Source of the DNA: Octopus vulgaris
Lineage: Eukaryota
DNA length: 64,000 nt
Assembly (NCBI GenBank): GCA_951406725.2
Contig: OX597832.1
Location: forward strand, 63,612,001-63,676,000
Direction: 5' to 3'
In this document: one piece after another, positions 1-12,600 of the stretch
How positions within the stretch are numbered: the first letter of the stretch is position 1
Layout: the number at the start of each line of letters is the position of its first letter
Notes under the pieces: model-generated
The model's input: the letters and a program-made list of their open reading frames with translations, nothing else
What the model was told of the DNA's origin: nothing
Databases searched by the model: none
Position numbers and translations under genes: made by a program

Positions 1-1914
1 TGAAGATCTTCCCAGGGACACACTGAGGAATGCATGCACAAGGTTCTGGAGCCATTTTAAGGCCACTCATTGATACTTTGGGACTTACCCCACTGCCCAG
101 AACTGCTGGTCTTGTACCAAAATTTGAAACCATCATTATTATTTATAAGGTTGGGGAGCTGGCAGAATCATTAGCATGCTGGGCAAAAATGATTTTCATC
201 TGTCTTTTTGTTCCGTGTTCAAATTCCTCTGAGGTCAACTTTGCCTTTCAACATATCAGGGTCAGTAAATTAAGTACCAGTGAAACACTAGGGTCAATGT
301 AATCAACTAGACCCTTTCCTCTAAAAAATTTCAGGTTCCCCCACACACATCTTTTGTAGAAAGAATTATTATTAATAATATTATTATTATTAGTAGTAGT
401 AGTGGTATGTTTAGGCAATACTGCTTTGTACTGGCATTGTGATACTATTATAAAGACATTGTTTAAAAGTGCCATTATCACTAAAAGTAAGACTTTTAAA
501 TACCAATAAAAATGTTATAAGCAGCTCATGAAAATTCCAGACATTTGCCAACTCTTGTCCTGAAAAATCTCTTATCAAAGCAGGCAATGACTAAGGCCTT
601 TGGTATTATGTCATGCTTGAGAAGAAGACCCATCAAGCCGAGCAAAATCGCAGTTGTGGCAGATACAGTGTCATGTAAAAGCACCCATTATACTCTCAGA
701 GAGGTTGGCGTTAGGAATGGTATCCAGCCATGGAAAAGCATGCCAAATCAGACTGGAGTCTGGTGCAGCTTGCCAGCCCAGTCAAACCGTCCAACCCAAG
801 GACAACGGGTGTTAAGTAAAGATGATGATTTTATAAATATATATACATATATATATATATATTGCAATAATCATAACAAATACAAAAATAAAATACAAAA
901 TATTTTATTACAAAAACTTATAAAGATACTTTTTTTCAAACGTTTCATTATTATATATGTGTTCATGTATGTGTGTGTATTACATATATATATATATATG
1001 CATAAATATATATACACATACATATATATATATGTCTGTATAGCTATGTACAAATTTAGACAGAACAATATAAAAAGAAAACCACAATTGCAAGTCTACA
1101 TTTCACAAAAGTGAATGCTTTTAAAAAAAAAAAGAATTTCTAAGAAATTAATATTTATTTTTTTGTTAATTTTAATTGAAATTTAATTTTTTATTTTATC
1201 ATATTAACCTCATATGTGATACCAGACTAAGACCATCTCTGGCCTTATGATACAAATTCCTATTCAAAATGCTTTGCATTAAAACCTTTCATTGAAATAT
1301 CATGAATTTATATTTCCCAAACTAACGTGAGAATTATTTTCATAAAGTCCCCTTTAATTTCAAAATTAATTGAAGTAAAAACAGTTTATTTCAAGAGGAA
1401 TATGGTAAAAGAAGAGCTAAAAGGAGGTAGGAACAAAATTTATATAATATCTGAATTTTTTTCAAAGAAATATATAATTGATACAAAGATGAAGTGGGTT
1501 GATAATGACCTGGCCAAGTCTATAGCATTGACCTGTTAGTTTCAGTGTTTTGTACAAGTTCTAAAGAGAGGAGGTCGGATGAAATATATTAAAGGTGCCA
1601 ACAGGAGAGGGGGGTGTCTATGGCAAAAATGATTAATTTTCCAAAGAACTGTTTTGCAATACTTTTTAAAAACAGGAATCGACCAGTAGTTTGGTACTTT
1701 TTTTTTTACTTATTTCAATAACTGAATCATGACCATGCTGGAGCACTACCTTGAAGAGGTTTTAGTTGAGCAAATCATCCCTACCCCCACTAGTACTTAT
1801 TCTGTTGGCCTCTTATGTTGAACCACTAAGTTATGGGAACATAAACAAACTAACACCAGTTGTCAAGCAGTGGTGGAGGACAAATACACACACACACATG
1901 TATATGTGTGTATG

Positions 1915-1953
<39 letters not shown>

Positions 1954-3577
1954 TCTTCCACATATTTTCCCCTTGCCAAGGCTTTCGCCAGTCCAGGGGT
2001 GATAGAAGACTCTTGCCCAAGGTGCTAACCACACAGCTATGGCTCCAATGAGGAAAACCCTCTGGTCCTGTGATACAAAGACCCTACCCCACCCACTTTT
2101 AAATATTTCACATTAAAATTCAAAACTCCCGTCACAATTTCAAGTTATGTTCCAAACGCATCAATTTAACAATGAATAAATTTTGTTAAATCCCATCCAC
2201 CAAATTTCTCGTTATTCTCAAAATTAATTCTAACACTCTTTGGTACAATGACACAAGACCCCAACACACCCCCATCAAATGTTTATATCAAAATTAAAAC
2301 CTCCTGTTAAAATTTCAAGCATTATTTCAATCATATCAGCTTAATAACGAAAAAGCCATTTTGTTAAATTTCCATTCTCCAAACCTATTTTTTCATTTTT
2401 GCTTTCCTTCAAAATTAACTGAAAATACTTTTCCTAAGAAATATGTCAAGAAAAGATTTTTTTAAAAATCAAGGGAAAGTATACTTTCATTTAAGTTGGT
2501 ATCAAAAGTGCTAAGTAAATATCTCAGGTTGTTTTGTTTATTGTTTATCGTCTTCATCATCATTTAATGTCTGTTGTCCATGCTTCCAGCGTGCCAGCCC
2601 AGTCAAACCGTCCAGCCCATGGCAGCATAGACAACAGACGTTAAATGATGATAGTAAACAATAAGCAAGACATCCTGAGATATTTACTTAGCATTTTCAA
2701 TACCAACTTACATGAAAGTATCCTTTCCCTTGGTCCCAAGACACAAATCCCGCCATTAAATATATTCTCCGTACCTTCTTCTGCCTTGTTCTTTGATTAA
2801 AATTCAACTCATCTCACCATTTAGCTAGTAATGATTATCTCCCTTACAATAACTGGCCAAGGAAAATAGAATTTCGTTGGAATGGTTAAAAGGAAAATAA
2901 TGGATGTTGAAAAAAAAACAAAAAACTATGAATATAGTATAATATATTATACATTGCACTTTTGACTTTGTCTAAAGAATATTTGCAACTTTTTTGCTTG
3001 TTTTTGTTTCATTGATTGGAAGTTAAAATCTGCATTTATTAAAAGAAAAAAATTATTTTTTAATCTGGAAGATTAAAAAAAAACAAAAAACAAACGATAT
3101 AACCTAATGAGAACTAAAGTATTTCAAATACAAAATAAGACTTAAAACTATGGTAGTTGAGTGGTGGGGGTGTGTGAAGTTTTACTATTTTTTTGTGAAA
3201 ATATTTGAAGGAAACATTTTATCTTGTCTTAAAATAGACATGATCTAGAGAATATATTCAAAAGGATGGAGGCAAAAAGAAGAAAAAAAAATGAATTAAA
3301 AAGTGACGTGTGTGTGTGTGTGTGTATATATATGGACAAACAATATAGCTGAGGGAAGAAAAAAGACTTAGATTCCTGGCTATTTTAGATGTTTGGGATT
3401 TTTAAAAAATTTCAAAAATTATTACAAAATAGAATATTTAAAGAATCTTGTTAAATCTATGTTTGTGTTTGATAGGTATTTCTTCAAATGAGAAATAAAA
3501 TAGAAAGAATCATACTACAAATTTACTAAGCAACAGATTATACAAAAATATTCTTTGGAAAAAAATATAGCTTAGAT

Positions 3578-3680
3578 CTACAGTTGAAACATTTTTATGT
3601 ACAAAATGGTTAAAATTACAAGAATCCAACTTATTCTGGAAGAAGCAGCACCACCAATTCGGCATTTCAATGTATCATAC
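3578..3680 (-). CDS. GPR158/179-ectodomain-like gene, last coding exon (GPI-signal-like C-terminus)
   Basis: Acceptor tcttttttag. Encodes YDTLKCRIGGAASSRISWILVILTILYIKMFQL then a stop: small residues followed by a terminal hydrophobic stretch. Confidence 0.82.
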
Positions 3681-6600
3681 CTAAAAAAGAAATAAAACAG
3701 ACAAACAATCATAAATGTTAGTGATGGCATGAATGGTAAAGGCATGAACATCACAACTCTCCTCTCATCCTCGAAGTTAAATGGGCGGATAACTTGCATC
3801 CCAAAAGATGAAGCAACTTCCCTGAAGCTCGCTTCCCAAATGCATGGTTTTGGTTTCAAACCCCACTGCATGGCACCTTGAGCACTTGTCTCCAATAGCT
3901 CCAAGGTGACCAATGCCTTGTGAGTGAATTTGGTAAATGGAAACTGAAAGAAGCCTGTTGTATAAGTGTATATATACATGCGTCGTCGTTTAACATCTGC
4001 TTTCCATGCTGGCATAGGTTGGATGGTTTGACAGGACTGGCAAGCTAGAAGGCTGCACCAGGCTCCAATCTGATCTGGCAAAGTTTCTACAGCTGGATGC
4101 CCTTCCTAACGCCAACCACTCCAAGAGTGTAGTGGGTGCTTTTACGTGCCACCGGCACGAGGGCCAGTCAGACATTACTGGCAATGACCAAGCTCAAAAG
4201 GTGTTTTTTACATGCCACCTGCACGGGAGACAGTCCGGTGGCATTGGCAACGACCACGCTCGAATGTTGGGCAGTGTTAATAACTTCGCATTAAAATTCA
4301 ATACTCAAATGGTTCAAAGAAAAGCATTAATTGAGCAGAGAGGATAATGTGAAATTACATAAATGATGAGAGAAAAGGAAATTACACAATGAATTTCATT
4401 AGCTCACAGCTGTTTCTGCTATGAGATGCAGAGCAGTCATAACTAAGTGCTTGTACGTCACATTTACAGCTTCAGTGGAGCTTCTAAAATGAAGTACAAG
4501 TTTATTTGGGGAATCATTTATATTTGCATCTTACAGCAGAAACAACTGTAAGCTATTGAAACTTATTAACTAGTTTCCTGTTTCCTTGTCATTTATTTAA
4601 TTTCACACACACAAACAATCTGCATGTGTGTGTGTTGTAACTTCACATCGTGAGATAGTTGTAACTAAGTGTCACCATTCTATAAGCAGTGTTCTGGGAA
4701 AACAGATCTGGCCAGGAGGAAATATTACCTCACTTGCAGACAGGCAGGAGTTGGCAACAAGAAAGAACAACTGGGTGTAGAACATCTACCTCAACACATT
4801 CCTTCGTTCTGACCCATGCAAACTTGAAGAAGTAGATGTTAAAATGATGATGGCAACAATGATAAGCATATGTGGCTGTGTGGTTAGAAGCTTGCTTACC
4901 AACCACCTGATTCTAGGCTCATACACTTGCCCAAACTGTGTGGCACCTTGAGCAAGTGTCTTCTACTAAAGCCTTGAGCCAACCAAAGCCTTATGAGTGG
5001 ATTTGGTAGATGGAAACTGAAAGAAGGCCATCATATATGTGTGTGCGTGTATGTTTGTTTGTTCCCCACCATCTCTTTTCAACTGGTGTTGGTGTTTTTA
5101 TCTCCCCATGTCTTAGCAGTTTGGCAATAGAGATCAATAGAATAAGTACCGAACTTTTAAAGGGGAAGTACTGGGGTCAACCAAAAAAACTTAAGATTCT
5201 TGAAGGTGATGCCCCAGCATGGCCACAGTCTACAGACTAAAACAAGATAAAAGATAACATATTCATAAACCTGAAATATATCTGATTAAATCTAACTCAA
5301 TGCTAAATCCCCTTCTGTGTCTGATTTGGCGTGATTCTTATGGCTGGATGCCCTTCCTAACACCAACCACTCCGAGAGTGTAGTGGGTGCTTTTACGTGC
5401 CACCGGCACAAGGGCCAGTCAGGCGGTACGGGCAATGGCCACGCTCAAATGGTGTTTATGATGCCTTTACTCCCATGCATCCCCTTTTATGAGATTCTGA
5501 AGAGAATTATGGGTAGGGCACTGCTCTTCATTCTCAGACAAAGCCTTTTTTATATTTTTTTTACCATACAGCTCAAAACATATTTTACCCGTTTCTATTT
5601 TTGTTGTAGCAAAAATACTGATCTTACCTGTTTGGCTCATTGTTCATCTTTTTCTTGTATTCATCAACCATTGTCTGACCGTTGTAATACCACTGCAGGT
5701 CCTTAAATGGGTATTCATAGCCCTGCTTACATTCACATTTGTAGGAACCTTCTTGGAATTTCAAATGGGATTGCAATGGAACACACTGGAAACAGAAAGA
5801 ATTAACTCTTATTGCATCATATTGTTTCTGATCAAAATCACCGAAAAATATTTAAAAACAAAAATATAGAACAATAAAGAACTAGGAATCTAAAATAGAT
5901 CATAAAGGCAAATAAAAATAATTAGTGATCCAAACATGATCAATGCGAGGGCTGCCTGACTGGTTCCTGTGCCGGTGGCATGTAAAAAACACTCACTACA
6001 CTCTCAGAGTGATTGGCATTAGGAAGGGCATCCAGCTGTAGAAACATTGCCAGATCAGATTGGAGCCTGGTGCAGCTGCTAGCTTTCCAGACCTCAGTCA
6101 AACCGTTCAACTCATGCCAGCAAGGAAAATTGATGTATGATGATGTTGATGATGACAGCACATCTACAAGAGATGTTATTTGGAGAAAAACTGCAGCATC
6201 TTGCCTGTCAAGGGTGTATTAATATAAAGTATGACACGTAGATGGCTGTTTTAATTTTATGCTTTAATTGCATACACTGAGTTTTGATTCAGCTCAATGG
6301 CTATTTGCAATATCAGTGAACGTATTATTAACTGTTTACTATATTGGATGAAAAAAAAATCTTATCTAGGAGTGTGACATGTCATTGACAAAATCAATAA
6401 GGCTAAAATATATTCCTGTGTTCTCTCCAGCTGCTGCCACAATGATTTTTCATCTTTCGTTGAGGTATACATATACACTCATATGTGTATGTGTGCTTGT
6501 AAGTGCAGGTTGTGTAATAAGAAGCTTGCTTCCCAACCACATGGTTCTAGGTTCAGTCCCATTAAACCACTGGATAGCACCTTGGACAAGTGTCTTCTAC

Positions 6601-9600
6601 TATAGCCTCGGGCTGACCAAAGTCTTGTAGGTGGATTTGCTAGACGGAAACTGAAAGAAGCCTGTTGTGTGTGTGTATGTGTGTATTTTCAGTTAAATCA
6701 AGGATATAAAAACTTCTTAAAGGGATGTCAGCATCCAATTTGCTGGATTTCAGATAAGTGCTCTTAATATGAGGGATGTCTAAAACCTTGAAGTTATTTA
6801 GTGATTCAATTAGAGCGATTACGTATTAGAAAGTAAAAGCAGGAAAAATTACATCATAAAAATCACAATAGAGACATGTCCATAATATGAATAATATTGT
6901 ATAAATAAATAAATAAAGTATAGCTATGATTATTTAAAAAGGTTTGAAATGTCTTACGATATCTTATAATCATAGTTATCCCTGTGATTTTTATGATGTA
7001 ATTTTTCCTGCTTTTACGTTCTAATATGATAGTAGTCCACTTGTGACTGAGGAAGACCATTGCTGACCTTCAGGAATATTGTGCGCTCTAGGACTAACTT
7101 ATGTTTTGCATTTGTGACTCCGTTGGTGGCTAGTGAGCCCTGCTCTTGACAAGTATACACGACTGCAAACATTGCAAACCAAGCTTAAGTCCTTCATAAA
7201 GAATACGTACTCTCTCAAAAGTGTCGCCCCCCTCCCCCCACCTTAACCTGCTTCCTCCATCTGTGGTGATTACAGGCATTGTTCTCCCCATCAGTCTCCT
7301 GCATATCACAGGCCTTTAATGGGGACTTGACTTGAAGGACTTGAGGACTTCTAATATATATATATATATGATACCTGTGCTGGTGGCACGTAAAAAGCAC
7401 TATCCAAAAGTGGCTGATGCCATCACCGCCATGACTGGCTTCCGTGCCGGTGGCACATAAAAAGCACCAACCGATTGTGGCCGTTGCCAGCCTCCTCTGG
7501 CCCCTGTGCCAGTGGCACATAAAAAGCACCCACTACACTGATGGAGTGGTTGGCATTAGGAAGGGCATTCAGCTGTAGAAACACTGCCAGATCAGACTGG
7601 AGCCTGGTGCAACCTCCTGGCTTGCAAGACCCCGGCTGAACCATCCAACCCATGCTAGCATGGAAAACGGACGTTAAATGATGATGATGATGATATATAT
7701 ATGAAAAGGAGACAAAAAGTTGTCCTAGAAACAAGTGAGACACTTGTCTTGGCAGCAACTATCGAGACACTTGTCCAATGTTCCATACAATGGGACCGAA
7801 TCCAGAATCACATGGTTGGTAAGCAAACACTACTTAACAATCCAGTCATGCACAATCTAAATACAAACTTACAAAGCTCACAGATATGTATCAACTCTAT
7901 AATGAACAGAATCCAAAGAGACTTATGTAGTTTGTATTGAAAAGACTTGAGTAATTTAGTACAATCAACAGAAAGAGTGCAGTGAACTTGCTGTGGGGGA
8001 ATGGAAAATCCAACATTTCGGATTGAGTTCTTCTTTATAAAAAAGTTGACTGAAGAGGAATTCAAGAAAGAGAGCAGAGCTTTACATCCTCTCTCAATAC
8101 TGCAACTTCTCTAAACTCTTTTTGTCAATTTTACCATGTAAGGAACAGACTTATGCACAGATGGAAAGTATCACAAATAATAGAAAAACTACATAGAAGC
8201 TAAAACACACACACATACACACTTATGTTAACTCTTTTGATACCAACCCACATGAGTTCACCCCTGCTGGTTCTATGATACAAACTCCCCGTTTTAAAGT
8301 GATCTAAGTCAAAGACTTCCATCTAAATTCCTTGTTAATTCATGTTCCAAACACCAGCTTAATAACGACCAAGTTATTTTACTAAATTCTTCATTATTTT
8401 CAAAATTAATTGAGATAAAATCAGAATATCTCAACAGAAATATAACAAAATGGTTAACAAACGTCTATAACAATGAACCTACAAAAAACACACAACATAT
8501 GTACTGTATATACAAATGCTGGCACCGGTGATACTAAAGATGGTGATTCTGCTATCAATAATATTAATTTGCTAGCATCACGTAAAATAAATGTCTTACA
8601 TATGTGCTCTCATAGTCACAACGAGCAGTGTTCTTGAAGGCGTTGGCAACATAAAAATCAGCAGGGCACTGGTCTACATCCAAATGTTTGATGTCAACAT
8701 CAACTGTGACAACTCCCCTGAAATTAAGAAAAAAAAGGTGTGGAAAATATTAGTAAATGATATATATAACAAGGGTTGAACTGAAGAGGTGAGGAGGAAG
8801 AGAGTGAAAAGATTAGTTGAAATATACTTATAGATTAACTAGAAGAGCAATACAGATTAGTAAGGAGCTGCGAATAAATAAGGTAGATAGGTATAGACTA
8901 GTAAGAATGAGCTGTAGATTAGTAAAAGTGACAATAAAGATTAGCAAAAAAGTAAGTACAGAATAGCAAGAAGGAAGAATAGATTAGCAAGAATATGGAT
9001 GCGTGAACTAGATTAGCAAGAACATACAAGAGTGATCATTGCCAGAGCAACAAGCTGGCCTCCATGCCAATGGCATGTAAAAAGCACCATTTGAGCGTGA
9101 TTGTTACCTGCGTCACCTTACTGGCATTTATGCTGGTGGCATGTGAAAAAACATTCGAGTGAGGTCGTTGCCAGTGCTGCTGGACTGGCTCCTGTGCAGG
9201 TGGCACATAAAAAGCAACATTTGAGCATGGCCGCAGCCAGTACTACCTGACTGGCCCTTGTGCCGGCGGCACGTAAAATCACTCACTACATTCTTGGAGT
9301 GGTTGGTGTTAGGAAAGGCACCTAGCTGTAGAAACTCTGCCAGATCAGATTGGAGCCTGGTGCAGCCATCTGGTTCGCCAGACCTCAGTCAAATCGTCCA
9401 ACCCATGCTAGCATGGAAAGCGGACGTTAAACGATGATGATAATGATGGATATAGATTAGGAAAATTATAAATCAAAATTAGCAATACAGAAAGTATAGA
9501 TTAGCAAAATCTGGGTTTAGATTAGCAAGACGACAGATATTGATTATCAAGGAGCTAGGAATAAAGTAGCAAAAAAAGAGTACTAAAAACTTATTAAAGA

Positions 9601-12600
9601 TAAGAACATAAGAATTAGCAAAAATAATGAAAAAGAAAATCAAACATTTAAAAAAAATAATCAAGAATAACAAGAATTTGATGAGATTATTGCTAATCTG
9701 TTTTTGTTCTGGGTAGGACTTTAATCAGTATCCAGTAACAGAACTTAACCCTAATCCTGGTTCTGGGGTTTCCAAAGTTTTGAAAAGTATGAAACCACTT
9801 CTTAACGGCTATTGTCCTTGGGTCAACTCTGATATGAGAGTAGTAATACTATAAGTTAAACAGCAAGTAACTACCCAAACCAGGTTATTTTGAAATCAAT
9901 GGACACAGTATGATGGATGTGAACAAGAAACTAACAGTTAACAGCCACGATAAACCAGTTCAGTTAGCGAACTACTATCATTATAAGCTGTGGAGTACAC
10001 AGGTGAGATACTTCAGCTAGCGAAAGAGCAATGTGACTAAAACTTGGGTCAGGCATTCGTGCCTAATCACTCGATCAGGTTGTCTGGTGTGGAAGAATTA
10101 CACATAGGTCTGGGTAGATTGTCCGACCTGGATGGTGAAAATATCAGTAGAGACTATCACTGCCAATCACTTGAGACTAATTTGCTACTGCTGTTGTTGT
10201 TGTTACTACTACTACTACTACTACCACCACCACCACTTCTACTACTACAATAATAGCAAGCTTCTACTTTAAGGAATTAGCTACATGACTTCACCACAAA
10301 GAAACCATTACTTTTCCTTTCATCACTTTCACTGTTTTGTCACCTGGTCCCAAGAATTCACTACCCACTCCTATCTTTAATCCTTGACATACTTCAGTCC
10401 TTAGACTGCAACCATGCTGGAGCACCACCTTGAAGGGTTTCAGTCAAACAAATTTACTCAAGTGGTTATTTTCTTTTGAGCCTGGTGCTTGTTCTACTGG
10501 TCTCTTTTGCTGCCAAACCACTAAGTGACATAAACAAACCAACACCAGTTGTCAAGTAATGGTAGGGGACAAATACACACATAAATATACAGGTACACAC
10601 ACACACAATGGGCTTCTTTCAGTTTCCATATACTAAATCTACTCACAAGGCTTTGGTCAGCCCAGGGCTATCGTAGAAAACACTAGTCCAAGATGTTGCA
10701 CAGTGGGACTGAACCTTTGATCACAGGGTTGCAAAGCAAGCTGCTCACCCACACAGCCACACCTTGTTACATTTTTTTCTGCAAACATTGACCTACAAAT
10801 GTTGATACTGAACATCAGCCACATTAATGTCTGCATCATGGGACAACCTGAAAAGATCACAGGCACTATTTTGTTGCTTCTGATAAAATGTTTTGTCTTT
10901 ATTATTCTTTCACTAAAGCGGTGAGCTGGCAGAATCGTTAGCACACAGGGCAAAATGCTCAGAGGCATTTCATCTGTCTTTACGTTCTGAGTTCAAATTC
11001 CACTGAAGTCAACTTTGCCTTTCATCCTTTTGGGGTCAAATGTGATTTTTATTTATGCCCCATAACAAAGCAGTTCAACAGAGACTGATAAGATAAGCAC
11101 TAAATCTAAAAATAAAAACTGGGGTCTGGATCAATACAATCACTCCCAAATCCTTCAAAATGGTACCTCCAGCATGGCTGCAGTCCAATAACTGATAAAT
11201 GGGAAAGACAGACAAAAAAAATAGCAGAATTGGTTTGAATCATTACCATATTTGATGGCATAAAAGACACACAAGTATATTTAAATGCACTTAAACATAC
11301 TCAATTTTAGCAGCATGTTATGCAAGAGCAAAAAAATTAGTGCGTTAAAGTGAATGGAAAAACCAACTTTGCACACAGGACCCAGGGTGGTTTTTAAGAT
11401 ATTTGCTTTTGAAACAAAGTGCATCTAATAATCCATCAAATATGGTAGGTTAATTAGCAAAGAGGCAACTTACTTAAACTCAATTTGAGTCTTCAATGTA
11501 TTCATTCCAAAGAATGGAACAACATAAGTGAGGACCCAAGCATCAACTCTGCCATCACACTTAAAGACAGGACGTAACCATTCTCCATCTTCATATTTTG
11601 GTGCATGGTATGTGAGTGGATAATACTCAAATCTAATCAAGCTGGATCCATTGATATCTGACCGAATCATTGGACGAGTTATAAATTTTTCCAGTGATTG
11701 ATAATTAGTTGCCCAACGAGATTTCATGTCAGTAAACCAGCGCTTATTTGTGTAACGCTGCTTGAAACCTGCAAAATCAATTACTCTGGCAGTTGTTTTG
11801 TCACCAGTTTTCCAAGCAAACGGACCAAAATATTCTCGTGTTACTTCATTAACATAGCGTGGGTCAGTGTTATTTCCGGGTGATATCCGGTATTTGTATT
11901 GGTCAAAGAATACACCAGCACCAACGATCTTGAAGTCACCCATGACAGTAGCAATAACCTCTCCATACATCTGGGTATCATGTAAGCGTCGATCACCTCG
12001 AAGAATACCAAATTCTTCATACTCATCAACATTTTGAAGAAAATTACTGAGAAAGTGAGCCAGCCTCAGTGCAGTACGTCCTTGTGATTCAAACTGCTTC
12101 TCAGCACCGAACCCAGCATCTCCTGGAAGAAGCAATTGGTTTGCTGTGCGGCTTCCGCAGTTGTCTTTGTTGGTGTTTTCTTTACGTTCAAGGATTTCTC
12201 GCATTCTCATCCACATGACATTATCAAAGAGATCACGTTTCTTACGAGAAAGAAGGTCTTCTTTTGGAACATGCCGCTTATATTTACTGGGCCGTAATGG
12301 AATGAAATCTTTTGAAGTGTATTTTTTATTTGATTGCAGCCATCTGAGACTCCTGTGGGACTGAGGAAATATAATTTTCAGAAATTCGTCTTTCTCAGAA
12401 CTATAAGATGATATAGACCGTTTCTTCATATTCTCAATAATAGTTGGGTTCTTCTTTGGGATTACCTGAGAAACTAGAAACAAAAAATAAAAAATAAAAT
12501 TAAGTGAATTTTTATCAATCTTTCCTAAAATATCCACAAAACAAACAAACAAAAAACCCATCGTCCTTATTATCATCATTAAATATCTGTCTCCCATGCT

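Noticed and set aside
545-2051. ORFs rich in YI/IY/CV repeats (also at 32775, 47488 and elsewhere)
   Set aside because: They are translations of (TA)n/(TG)n microsatellites and SINE sequence.
1-3577. Possible 7TM exons downstream of the ectodomain gene
   Set aside because: Only SINE, MITE and AT-rich sequence was found. Exons beyond the window edge cannot be excluded.
3681-4347. Upstream part of ORF 3578..4081 and recurring peptides such as WLALGRASSCRN and LDALPNANH
   Set aside because: SINE-derived. Only 3680-3578 is a real exon.
7808-8065. Exon-like unique segment with acceptor at 8050 and donor at about 7872
   Set aside because: It hits a stop after 4 codons in the required phase, has no recognisable domain, and exon 5 joins exon 6 cleanly without it.
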